Of a stretch of DNA of 64,000 nucleotides, positions 7,884-17,131 are shown piece by piece. The first letter of the stretch is position 1; each line of letters begins with the position of its first letter. The position numbers and the translations under genes are program-made. Origin of the DNA: Aulosira sp. ZfuVER01 (GTDB taxonomy: Bacteria; Cyanobacteriota; Cyanobacteriia; Cyanobacteriales; Nostocaceae); NCBI GenBank assembly GCA_034530615.2, contig JAVRCV020000041.1:160001-224000 (forward strand). The letters run 5' to 3'. A model generated the notes under the pieces. It was not told the DNA's origin, did not search any database, and worked only from the letters and a program-made list of their open reading frames with translations.

Positions 7884-10064
7884 TTAAATCAAAGTTCTCG
7901 GACGTATTCTATTTGCCTCATCAACTAAGTGAATTTTTTCTTTACCAGTTGCTAGATGGGCCATATCCCGCAAAGCTTTTTCTAGCCCTTTTCTCAGATG
8001 TACTTCTTGCAATGGTTGTCCTAGAATCTTCAAATTGTTAGCAGCTTGTAGTTGCTTGGAAGTTAGTAAATTCAAAGTTGTTTCTAATACTTGTTGAGTT
8101 AGCCGATGGCGATCCATACCTTCCAAGGTGAGTGTTTCAATGGCTGCGGAAGCTGTTTGCAATTCTTGGAAACTGGGAACAGAACGATCGCGGTTAATTA
8201 AAGTCCGGGCAATTTCGACTCGCGATCGCGTAAATAAACTAGAGGCTGGCGGTACACGTTCTAATGCTTCTACTGCACCTTTGCGATCGCCAGTTGCAGC
8301 TAGACAACGCGCTAAACCAAAGGCTGCTGTTACATAACTGAGATCGGTACGCGATACCAAATCGTACATTTTAACTGCTAGTTGATAATTTCGCGCCTGT
8401 TCTGCGGCTAACCCCAGCGCTAGTTTGGGTGCTAACTCTCCTGGTAAGTCAAAATAAACTTGATCGAAAGCTTTTTGAGCTTCTTCGGCTTTATTCTGCG
8501 CCATCAAAGCACGCCCTCGATACCAAAAAATTCGCCAGTCCCAAGGGTCTTTTTCTTCGACTTTTGCTAAAGATTGCTCTGCTTCTTCATAATCAAATGC
8601 ATCAATCAAGGTATTTGCTAATCGCAATAATGCTTCTCTAGAATTAGGAAATTGCTTAACGACTACATCTAAACTTACAGCTCGCTTGACTGGATCGGCG
8701 ATCGCACTGGCGTTAATCACTGCATTCAAAGCAGAATCGCTAGAATCTAATATTGGTAAAGGTAATTGTTGATATTCAGGTTTAATAGGTTCAAAGCTAC
8801 CACTATAAGTCATAGCCAACATATCTCCACCCAACAAATTGCTGGAAGCTGGACGAGGTACATTAGTTTCAACAGCGACAACTTCCCTCAACACACCCAA
8901 TAACTGATCTGCCATTTCATCGGCTGATTGAAACCGATCGTCGGGATTTTCCGCAGTTGCTTTAATTAGGAAGCGATAAAGAGATTCTTGGCCAGCAAAT
9001 AGCGGTTCTTCTTGAGGACTGGGTAATGTATAAAGATGTTCTTTACTAAAGCCTTTAATATCAGTTAGCAGTACTGCCAAAGTTCTCCCAACAGTAAATA
9101 AATCAGAAACGACTGTCGGGCCTTCACCTGCTTCTGGGGCACTATAACCTACTGTGCCGTAAATATCGCCATCTAAGTCGTCTATGCGGCGGACACCACC
9201 TAAGTCAATTAGTTTGACATCGCCGCCTTCGACCATAATATTGTCTGGTTTGAAGTCGCAATATACCATTCCTAAGGAATGCAAATAAGCAAATGCACTA
9301 AGAATACGGTGAATATAAGCGATCGCTTCTGGTACTGGTAAAGGCCCCCGACTTTTGCGAATTTCCCTGAGGGTTTTACCGCCGACATATTCCATGACAA
9401 TAAAACCCTCAGTACCGTGGTTGACAAAGTTGTAAATTCCCACGATATTGGCGTGTTTTACTGCTGCGAGGAACTGTCTTTCAGCCACAGCCACCGCCGC
9501 ACTAGCTGCATCTTCAGTATTCAGTAGTCCCTTTAAAACAACATAGCGAGATAGAGTTTTATCAAAGCCTAAATAAATCCAACCTAAACCACCATAAGCG
9601 ATCGCTCCTTTAACTTCGTATTGCCCGACAACCACATCACCAGGATTCAGACTCGGAATAAACGAATACTTCTGTCCGCACTTGCTACAAAATCCCTTTT
9701 CTCGCCGCAAAGGATTATTGCAATTACTACAAAAGCGCTTATTCTCCGGCACCATTGGGTTAGGAATAATCGCTTTTTCCGGCTCAGTTGAAGGTAATTC
9801 TGGTACAGAGATTAACCCTGCTCCCAATTGTCTGCGGCTACTACGAGCAGAAGTGCTACTAGTACGCCGCGAACCTTTGGAACGGTTGGTTAACGGTGAG
9901 GAACCCGTACCCGTAGTCACTGGAGAACTTCTAGCTGTAATAGTTGCGCTTTGCTTCTGGCTGCTGACATTTTGAGATTTCACCGCCGCCAACCCGCAGA
10001 CATTACAATAGCCATCTTCAATAATGCCAGTACATCCATTTCGCGTGCAGCGATCGCTGTTCAT
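7884..10064 (-). CDS. pknG: PknG-type Ser/Thr protein kinase (Zn-ribbon, rubredoxin-like, kinase, TPR)
   Basis: PMVPENKRFCSNC..GFCSKCGQKYSFIPSLNPGDVVVGQYEVKGAIAYGGLGWIYL..VLKGL..AERQFLA closely parallels mycobacterial PknG. Non-RD YCDFKPDN, DLG in place of DFG, and a TPR region (DWRIFWYRG, PGELAPKLAL). Confidence 0.9.
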   Translation of the reverse strand: MNSDRCTRNGCTGIIEDGYCNVCGLAAVKSQNVSSQKQSATITARSSPVTTGTGSSPLTNRSKGSRRTSSTSARSSRRQLGAGLISVPELPSTEPEKAIIPNPMVPENKRFCSNCNNPLRREKGFCSKCGQKYSFIPSLNPGDVVVGQYEVKGAIAYGGLGWIYLGFDKTLSRYVVLKGLLNTEDAASAAVAVAERQFLAAVKHANIVGIYNFVNHGTEGFIVMEYVGGKTLREIRKSRGPLPVPEAIAYIHRILSAFAYLHSLGMVYCDFKPDNIMVEGGDVKLIDLGGVRRIDDLDGDIYGTVGYSAPEAGEGPTVVSDLFTVGRTLAVLLTDIKGFSKEHLYTLPSPQEEPLFAGQESLYRFLIKATAENPDDRFQSADEMADQLLGVLREVVAVETNVPRPASSNLLGGDMLAMTYSGSFEPIKPEYQQLPLPILDSSDSALNAVINASAIADPVKRAVSLDVVVKQFPNSREALLRLANTLIDAFDYEEAEQSLAKVEEKDPWDWRIFWYRGRALMAQNKAEEAQKAFDQVYFDLPGELAPKLALGLAAEQARNYQLAVKMYDLVSRTDLSYVTAAFGLARCLAATGDRKGAVEALERVPPASSLFTRSRVEIARTLINRDRSVPSFQELQTASAAIETLTLEGMDRHRLTQQVLETTLNLLTSKQLQAANNLKILGQPLQEVHLRKGLEKALRDMAHLATGKEKIHLVDEANRIRPRTLI

Positions 10065-10131
10065 TTAAATCTCCTGATTGGTAATTGGGCATGGGGCATG
10101 GGGAAAGAGTCAAACTCGAAATTTTGGTTTC

Positions 10132-10394
10132 AAACGTGCAAGTTTCGGGTTCAAAGGCGCAACTTCGAGCATAAAAGGCGCAACTTCGAGGCTAAAAGGC
10201 TCAACTCTCAACCTCAAAGGCTCAACTCTCAACCTCAAAGGCTCAACCCTCAACCTCAAAGGCTCAACCCTCAACCTCAAAGGCTCAACTTTCAGCCTCA
10301 AAGGCTCAACTTTCAGCCTCAAAGGCTCAACCTTCAACCTCAAAGGCTCAACCTTCAGCCTCAAAGGCTCATCATCCAACCTCAAAGGCTCAAC
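10132..10394. repeat. 21-bp tandem repeat array, about 12.5 units, consensus AAAGGCTCAACYYTCARCCTC
   Basis: Units begin at 10153, 10174, 10195 and so on to 10384 with exact 21-nt periodicity and no spacers. Confidence 0.95.
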
Positions 10395-10447
10395 AGCTAT
10401 CATAAATTCACCACCTTGTTTGTCAACCTTGTCACCCTCAACCCCCG

Positions 10448-10470
10448 GTTGGTGAGCGAAGTCGAACCAC
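10448..10470. repeat. Small palindromic dispersed repeat (GGTGAGCGAAGTCGAACC)
   Basis: REP-like GAGCGAAGTCGAA core of a kind common in Nostocales intergenic regions, next to a GCCCCAT STRR. Confidence 0.55.
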
Positions 10471-10491
10471 ATCCCCACCATGCCCTATGCC

Positions 10492-11709
10492 CTATGCCCC
10501 ATGCCCCATACCATTCAAACGCTTTTCATATTGAGAGACTAATTCCGCGGCTTTATCTAAAGCAGTAGGGCGTGTATATAAAAGTTGCTTTGCTTGTTCG
10601 GCTAAATTGGAAAGTTTGGTATCTTCAATCAATCCTTTAGCTAATGCTTTGGCTTTGAGAGCATCCAAGCGTCCCCTTAACTCCCGACGACTCTCTAAAA
10701 GAGCGCTATTAGCAGTATATGCTCGTTGTTCTGATGCCATGTACTCTTTAGCTTTGTTTGTCCAATTGTCTAAACCGATTGTGACTGGATTGACTAAACC
10801 CTCCGCTAGCTTAGTTTCTAACCTTGTTAACCATTGACTGAGCGCATCTAATTCCACATCAGTCAATGGAGTCTGCTGTATTAAATAATCCACAATTTTT
10901 TCTTTGCTTTCCGCAAATGCAGCCAGAGAACTTGAGTGAAGTGTAGTTAATTGTTGTAACAAATCGTGAGCGATCGCAAATTTCTCTCGGATTTGGCGTT
11001 GCTGTTTCAGTGCTTGTTCGAGAACCAATTTCAGTTTTGCCAACATTGGCTGAATCTGTTGTTCAACCTCTGCACTCACCCCCAGAGGATCTTGTTCTAT
11101 CTGTTCGTGCAAAGATGAGATCGCCGCCTGACTTTGTACCAGTTCGCTTAGAGAATTCGGATCTAGGGATTCCGCTAAGTTTTGCAGTGAGTAGATTTGA
11201 GATTCTACATCCGCCAGTATGCGATCTAGATTAGCCCAAGCGACATCCACAGCTAAAACTGCATCTCTAGCCACAGAAAAAGCATGATTCATTACTTGCA
11301 ATAACTGTGCAGGTGCGATCGCATTTGCTATGTGAGTAGCAGTCAGTAGTTCTCTTTGTGCAAGCGGCGTTTGTACAGATGGTAGCTCAATTGAGGCTCC
11401 TGTTAGCAGTTGTTTTATCTCATCAATCTTTTGTTCGCTCACCAAAAAGCGTGGTAATTGCTGGCGCAACTTACTCGCCTTCTCCACTACCTCCACTAAT
11501 AAGTCGAAGTATTGAAACAAATCATTCATCGCCTCCAATGCAGGAGTTACTCGTGTCGCAGTAATTCCTTTCAAATCAACTTTAGGAAAGCCAGGGCTAC
11601 CACAAAGGCATTGATATGTTTGTAACTCTTGTAATTCCAAGAGATTTTGGCTGACAACTTTGATTTTATGTTTCCAGTCAGCTAAAAGTCGATCGATTTC
11701 ATCTGTCAC
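10492..11709 (-). CDS. Alpha-helical/coiled-coil hypothetical protein, first gene of the PknG-like operon
   Basis: 405-aa ORF, Leu/Gln/Glu/Ala-rich, with a C-terminal RRELRGRLDALKAKA motif. GTG start preceded by AGGAG. Confidence 0.8.
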   Translation of the reverse strand: MTDEIDRLLADWKHKIKVVSQNLLELQELQTYQCLCGSPGFPKVDLKGITATRVTPALEAMNDLFQYFDLLVEVVEKASKLRQQLPRFLVSEQKIDEIKQLLTGASIELPSVQTPLAQRELLTATHIANAIAPAQLLQVMNHAFSVARDAVLAVDVAWANLDRILADVESQIYSLQNLAESLDPNSLSELVQSQAAISSLHEQIEQDPLGVSAEVEQQIQPMLAKLKLVLEQALKQQRQIREKFAIAHDLLQQLTTLHSSSLAAFAESKEKIVDYLIQQTPLTDVELDALSQWLTRLETKLAEGLVNPVTIGLDNWTNKAKEYMASEQRAYTANSALLESRRELRGRLDALKAKALAKGLIEDTKLSNLAEQAKQLLYTRPTALDKAAELVSQYEKRLNGMGHGA

Positions 11710-11774
11710 AGCGCTGACTCCTGTATCAAAAAGGTGGTTGCGATAATGAGCGATCGCTCTCTACTAACCCAGCT

Positions 11775-11780
11775 ATTATA
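11775..11780 (-). promoter_or_regulatory. Candidate -10 box (TATAAT) for the PknG-like operon
   Basis: Perfect TATAAT on the minus strand about 65 nt upstream of the first gene. No TSS data available. Confidence 0.35.
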
Positions 11781-12282
11781 TGTATCTTTTTTTATAACAA
11801 CTCATACTTAATTAATCTTGAAGATTACAACCAACAGCCACAGGTTATCAGCATATTCAAAAGTTCACTAGCGGTCAAACCTTATCAATTCAAGCCTTAC
11901 CCGACGTAACCATTAGCGTTACCGAAATCTTTGGTAGATAAACCGAAACATTAGGCGATCGCTCCCTTTTATCTCTTAGTTGGTTTTCTCTGCATCCTTG
12001 GCGGTTAGATTCTTATCCCAACTTATTAAATACGTAGACATCACCTAGATATTTTGACTGATGAAAAGGCGCGACATTTTTCATCACAAGTCACTATAAA
12101 AGAATCAAAATGTTAAATTCAATACTGAAATTTTTTAAATAAATACATTATGGAGCGTGCAACTTATCTCAACAGCCTTAGTAGAATAAACCATTCACTT
12201 AAGGTTCGGGTTTGCTGACTTTGCTGCCATCAATAACTCGATAAATTGATTAATAAGTAAAGCGCGAGTTGAGATAAAAACT

Positions 12283-12633
12283 ATGAGTAACCTTTCTCAT
12301 TACAATCCAGATAACTTTGAATTTGAATTAACTAACCACAATAATTTGTGGGAATACGTACAGTCTCTCAATCCCGAAACTGTTACCCAACTTTCCAAAC
12401 CATCTTCACCTGAAGTATTGCACTTAATTCAACGCGCTATTGTGGAGATATTAGGTAACTTACACAATGACAGATATCAGTCCGTCATCACCACTAGCCG
12501 CGACGAACTAGGCAGACTTCTAGGTTCTGCAATGGTAGACGGCTATTTCCTACGCAATATCGAACAGCGATTAGAAATGGAAAAATCATTACAACTTATA
12601 GGTGTTAAATCCCAAGACACCGAACAGTCATAA
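12283..12633 (+). CDS. DUF760 family protein
   Basis: NNLWEYVQSLNPETVTQLSKP..ITTSRDELGRLLGSAMVDGYFLRNIEQRLEMEKSL is typical of cyanobacterial DUF760. Confidence 0.85.
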   Translation: MSNLSHYNPDNFEFELTNHNNLWEYVQSLNPETVTQLSKPSSPEVLHLIQRAIVEILGNLHNDRYQSVITTSRDELGRLLGSAMVDGYFLRNIEQRLEMEKSLQLIGVKSQDTEQS

Positions 12634-12784
12634 TGCTGCAACTAGTATTGGTTTACAGAAATCAAATATTTCAGGGAGATGAGAGCTAATAAGTCCCCCA
12701 TCTCCCCGATTCTCTTATGCCAATTCTCTAAAATTCGGCAACAGATTATTTCCGATTTTCGTAATTACGAATTACGAATTTGTA

Positions 12785-15178
12785 TTATCGCTTGTTGGAA
12801 GGCTGCCAACCGCGACGCTCAAGCATTTGCCGCACCTCTGGGCTGGGATTATAGTTATAGCCATAGGAAGAACGCTCTGAGTCATCCATAATTTGAGGTG
12901 TGAGCATTACAATTACCTCTCTGCGTTCATTGCTTCTGTTGGTTTTTCTAAACAGCGAACCAATTAAAGGAATATCGCCTAAGATGGGAATTTTTGAAAC
13001 AGTTGTCCGGTCTTGGTCTTGAATAATACCTGAGAGAATTAGTGTCTGACCATCTCGCAAACGAATCATCCCCGAAGTCAGAGAGCGTTCAGACACTAAA
13101 ATGATTTGTCCATTTCCTGTATTTTCCGCGGCTGTAGGTGCGCTGACAGTCGGAGCAACCGATAGAGAAACAAAACCATTATCATCAATCCGGTCAATTT
13201 TCACATTCAGGGTTAAGCCAACTTTTTGCTTTTCTATTTGCCTCTCAGTTCTAGAGCCACCAGAAGTATCCGTTGTTTGAATAGTTATGTTTCCTACTAC
13301 TTCCTGAGTCAAGTTAACAAGAGCTTGCTGCCCTTCTTGCACAATTAAAGTTGGGTCAGTCAAAATCTTGGCGTTGCCATTTGTTACCTGAGCCTGCAAA
13401 CTTGCAAGTAACCGTTTGGGGAATTGGTATAGAGATGGCAAGCTGTATGTGTATTTAGCAGGAGTCTGACCAGTTATCTGATTACTATATGCTGTTGGTT
13501 GACCAGTAACAGGATCAAACTGAGTTGGTACAGATGTAACTGTTCCTGGAGTTCCTTCTGTATATGCTGTCAGGCCTGGTTGTAGTGGATTAGAAGTTGC
13601 GCCAGCACTAGGTACTCCTAAATTTGGATTTTGTGGATTGAGAAAAATATTTGAGCTTTGAAGCGGATTCTGAGTAGTAGGTGTCTGAGTTACACTACTT
13701 GCCACTTCAGAAGCAGTAGCTGGTCTAGAACCACCAAAATTCAGAGATGCTGCACCACCATCATTGGAAAAGAAGTTGTTCCCCACTCCAAAAGAAAAAC
13801 TGGTGTTGTAATCGTGGGTTCCTGTAAGATTCACATCAACAATTTTGACGTTAACTACCACTTGACGACGGCGGATATCAAGCTGAGTCAGTTGAGCCAT
13901 CGCAATATCAATTAGCCTAGGAGAACCAATCAAGGTAACGGAATTAGTGCGCTCATCGCCTAATGCCTGTAAACCTCTCAGTAATGGATTAGAGTCTTTA
14001 AAATCAACCCGTTGAGTTTCTAATTTAGTTTCTGTGGTGGTTTGAGTTTGGGTAACTGCGGCGGCTGAATTACCCACAGGTACAGCACTAACACTAGTAA
14101 CCAGCCGTTCACGGCTAATGGCACTTTCTGCTCCCAAACCTACTAAAAAGTTAAGGGCGACTCCCACTGTTACTTGATTCAGCCGTAGGCTACGCATTAC
14201 CGTGTCACGGGTGGAAGTAGGTAGTTTCGATCCCACAAAAACGGTGCGACCGCTACGATTCGCTTCTAAACCGCTCAAGCGCAAGACGTAATTAAACACA
14301 TCTTGTACTGGTTCGTTTTCTATATCTAGGGAGATTGTTTGAGAGATTGCTTGTCCATTAGCAGCAGTACCACCTCCTGCGCCCTCTCCTCCCACATAAG
14401 CCAAGTTAAGACCAGCCGCACGAGCTAGTAGTGACAAAACCTCGCGCACTGGCGCATCTCGCAGCACTAACCGAGGAACACGTTCCTGAGTTGCTAGATC
14501 AATGGTGCTAGGAGACGCATCAGTATTAGAGATAGCAATATCCCCTACTGGTGGGGCGACAGCTCTAGGTAAGAAAGGTGGTCCCTGATTTGGCGGTTGA
14601 CCTGGGCCAGCTGGTAGTGCAGGCTTCCCGTCAATCGTGACTTCTGGGTTGGGGACGAGAACATCTGGTTTTGTACCAGGTTGCGATGGGGTCGGAGTAG
14701 ATGGGGTTGTTGCTATGGGTGTTGTTGGTATGGGTGTGGGTGCTGTCGGTGTTGGTGTTGATGCTGTACTACCTGTGGATGGGCTAAAGCCGAGAGTAAT
14801 GCCATTTTGCTGACGCATCACAGGTTGATTGCTAGGGGCATTATTGCTTCCAGTTACCACCACCCGGATGCTATTGGCATCAAGCTGAAGAATTTCAACT
14901 GAGGCAATTCCTGAAGTGGGGTTGTCTTTGCGGAAATTATTGCCTTGTGGTAAACGTAGTTGAGTATTAATAATATCTGTAACTAAAGTGTTGCCCCTTT
15001 TGGTCGTGAAAACTTGGGGGCGCGAACCTGAAGACGTTTTCAAAACAACATTAATTCCACCATTAACCGTATTTAGCTGTACGTCAGTAATTTGGGTAGT
15101 GTTTGCCCAAACTGGTTGAGCTGCCAAAAAGACGAAAGCGGCGGTACCTAATAATAAATTACCGTGAAGCTGTTTCAC
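12785..15178 (-). CDS. pilQ: Type IV pilus secretin with AMIN domain
   Basis: Signal peptide, AMIN domain, Pro/Thr linker and secretin C-terminus (KIPILGDIPLIGSLFR). It lies downstream of pilMNO. Confidence 0.93.
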   Translation of the reverse strand: MKQLHGNLLLGTAAFVFLAAQPVWANTTQITDVQLNTVNGGINVVLKTSSGSRPQVFTTKRGNTLVTDIINTQLRLPQGNNFRKDNPTSGIASVEILQLDANSIRVVVTGSNNAPSNQPVMRQQNGITLGFSPSTGSTASTPTPTAPTPIPTTPIATTPSTPTPSQPGTKPDVLVPNPEVTIDGKPALPAGPGQPPNQGPPFLPRAVAPPVGDIAISNTDASPSTIDLATQERVPRLVLRDAPVREVLSLLARAAGLNLAYVGGEGAGGGTAANGQAISQTISLDIENEPVQDVFNYVLRLSGLEANRSGRTVFVGSKLPTSTRDTVMRSLRLNQVTVGVALNFLVGLGAESAISRERLVTSVSAVPVGNSAAAVTQTQTTTETKLETQRVDFKDSNPLLRGLQALGDERTNSVTLIGSPRLIDIAMAQLTQLDIRRRQVVVNVKIVDVNLTGTHDYNTSFSFGVGNNFFSNDGGAASLNFGGSRPATASEVASSVTQTPTTQNPLQSSNIFLNPQNPNLGVPSAGATSNPLQPGLTAYTEGTPGTVTSVPTQFDPVTGQPTAYSNQITGQTPAKYTYSLPSLYQFPKRLLASLQAQVTNGNAKILTDPTLIVQEGQQALVNLTQEVVGNITIQTTDTSGGSRTERQIEKQKVGLTLNVKIDRIDDNGFVSLSVAPTVSAPTAAENTGNGQIILVSERSLTSGMIRLRDGQTLILSGIIQDQDRTTVSKIPILGDIPLIGSLFRKTNRSNERREVIVMLTPQIMDDSERSSYGYNYNPSPEVRQMLERRGWQPSNKR

Positions 15179-15417
15179 AGTTCATTCCTCACCTGATAAA
15201 ATCTTGTTGACAAATAATTTTTGAGTAGATATGTTGCCACATACTAGATGAGCAACTTTGTATGCCTAGAACTCAATTGCTAGGGCTAGTAACTGAAGTC
15301 TACTCAGGTAGACTCTGAAGAGAACTTTCGCTATGCAGCCCTGTATTGGCAACCGCTGATGGTTGTTATAACTGGTGCAAGATGTATTGATAATTGTTCT
15401 TCTGTTACTACTCAGAA

Positions 15418-15589
15418 ACGCCACTTGCTACCCTGCGGGAAGGTGCTACTCTACCCTACTCTTCGAGAACGCCTGACGGCGAACGAGAACGACTTCGTCG
15501 AACGCTTCTACAACAGGGACAACCCCAAAGAACAGTTTGCTCAAGTCAGCGGAGCCGCCCACGAAACTGTCCTCCACAATGCAGTGGCT
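15418..15589. repeat. Nested composite of small dispersed repeats
   Basis: The outer ACGCCACTTG...GCAGTGGCT element is interrupted by a second family member (CAGTTTGCTCAAGTC..GCCCACGAAACTG) and GAACG-type mini-repeats. Confidence 0.7.
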
Positions 15590-15607
15590 TCTCAGCAATA
15601 TTTGCTG

Positions 15608-16366
15608 TTATTTCTTAGGAGCAGGGTTAGCAGCAGCTATTTCTTCTGGACTAAGTGGCATTAATGCCTGTATTTGGAAAATTGTATTAATTGATGCAGG
15701 CCCAATCTTCCGGACTTTTTTGTCTGATGATGGGTCAACCGGTACTCTAGCTAATGTCGATTGATAATCTTTAACTATCAACAAAGGCTGTAAACGCTCA
15801 ATGTTACGAAGAATTGATTGCGTTTGTTCATAAGTACCCACAATTTCAATATTGATACTGCTGCGTTTTAGCTTGCCATCGACCAGTTTTCCCAGACTGC
15901 CATCATTAATCGCTTCTGATTTACTTGAAGCTGGCACAAACTTTTTCAGTGCTCCTCTCACTAAATTGGCAGGAATTTGAGCATTACTAGTTTCAATCAA
16001 GCGATTCAGATCCAGTAGCAAGGTATCCAAGGTTTTTTCATTAGAAAATAAACTTAAAACCTGTACTTGTTGAACTTTTGCCTGTTCTAGCTCGGCTTTG
16101 ACCTGATCGATCTTTTTGATGCTAGCTTTCTTTTGATCGACTTGTCCTTGCAGTTCGCTAATTTTTGCTTGCTTTTGTTGATAGGTATCCCAAGCTGGCA
16201 TTAACAGATTTAGAACTATATAAACGCCTCCAGCCAGACCTATGACCCCTACCAAAATCCCAATGATTTTGGGTGTAAAGCTAATCCCAAACACTACAGG
16301 GTAGGCAGGAGATTCGCCAAATTCCCCACTGTGTTCTGAAAAGTTTAAATCATCACTCAGCGTCAT
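15608..16366 (-). CDS. pilO: Type IV pilus assembly protein PilO
   Basis: N-terminal TM, coiled coil and LRNIERLQPLL motif. Position in pilMNOQ, overlapping the pilN stop. Confidence 0.85.
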   Translation of the reverse strand: MTLSDDLNFSEHSGEFGESPAYPVVFGISFTPKIIGILVGVIGLAGGVYIVLNLLMPAWDTYQQKQAKISELQGQVDQKKASIKKIDQVKAELEQAKVQQVQVLSLFSNEKTLDTLLLDLNRLIETSNAQIPANLVRGALKKFVPASSKSEAINDGSLGKLVDGKLKRSSINIEIVGTYEQTQSILRNIERLQPLLIVKDYQSTLARVPVDPSSDKKVRKIGPASINTIFQIQALMPLSPEEIAAANPAPKK

Positions 16367-17127
16367 TTTGAAATGACTCCTGTTTGTTGCAAACTACGAA
16401 TTCGAGTCACTAGTCCCACAGTACCTTTTTGCTCTAGCTCCCGGATTAATTCAGAAGCTGGAACATCACTTAAACTTGATTGAATAGTGTATTTGACTAT
16501 TTGAATTGGCGGAGTTTTGTCATCATTTTTCGCAGCACCTTCTGGTAATGGTGCATTAACCAACTCTGCTGTAATAATTTTGCTTTCTGACGACTTTAAA
16601 AATCGAGACTGTTGCAGAGTGAGCAAAAAATCATTGACATCGTTAAAAGAGCGAGCCAATCCAGTAATTTCTATTCCGCCAGCTGGATTTCCTGGTGGTT
16701 GCCCTGGGGCAGGAGCAACAGGTGGGATTTGCTTGACAGTTTCAATTTGCACTTTGGCAGGTATGCGATCGCGCAAATCTTGCAACATCGCTGACCACGG
16801 ACGAATCTGGTCAAACACTGTAACTAAAGCTTGTGTTTCCCCTTTGATTTTGTTGGTCTGTTCTTTAATTTTGTTAATATTTCCGATTTCTGTGTCTAAC
16901 CTCTTGTTTTCCTGATCTAGTTGTGCTACTTTTTGCTCTAATTCAACATTTTTGGCTTCCAACAACCACCAAGCGCCGCCCGCGACTGCCGGGAAGCATA
17001 TACCAATGGCTACTCCCAAGTACATTGGTGTTAAGTTCCCAACAGGAAGTTTGATGCCTCCTTGTTTGCTAGACTTTTTCTGAAAACTTGGACGGTCCTT
17101 AAGAAAGTTAATATCCAGACTGTACAT
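16363..17127 (-). CDS. pilN: Type IV pilus assembly protein PilN
   Basis: N-terminal DINFL motif, TM segment and PilN domain (PWSAMLQDL, GLARSFNDVNDFLLTL). Confidence 0.9.
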   Translation of the reverse strand: MYSLDINFLKDRPSFQKKSSKQGGIKLPVGNLTPMYLGVAIGICFPAVAGGAWWLLEAKNVELEQKVAQLDQENKRLDTEIGNINKIKEQTNKIKGETQALVTVFDQIRPWSAMLQDLRDRIPAKVQIETVKQIPPVAPAPGQPPGNPAGGIEITGLARSFNDVNDFLLTLQQSRFLKSSESKIITAELVNAPLPEGAAKNDDKTPPIQIVKYTIQSSLSDVPASELIRELEQKGTVGLVTRIRSLQQTGVISK

Positions 17128-17131
17128 TCTG

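Noticed and set aside
10132..10394. Possible CRISPR array
   Set aside because: The 21-bp units are contiguous with no unique spacers, and there are no cas genes in the window.
9951..10568. Plus-strand ORFs (205 aa, 125 aa) with QPQRLN / LKGST repeats
   Set aside because: They arise from a stop-free 21-bp repeat, are antisense to the operon and overlap real genes.
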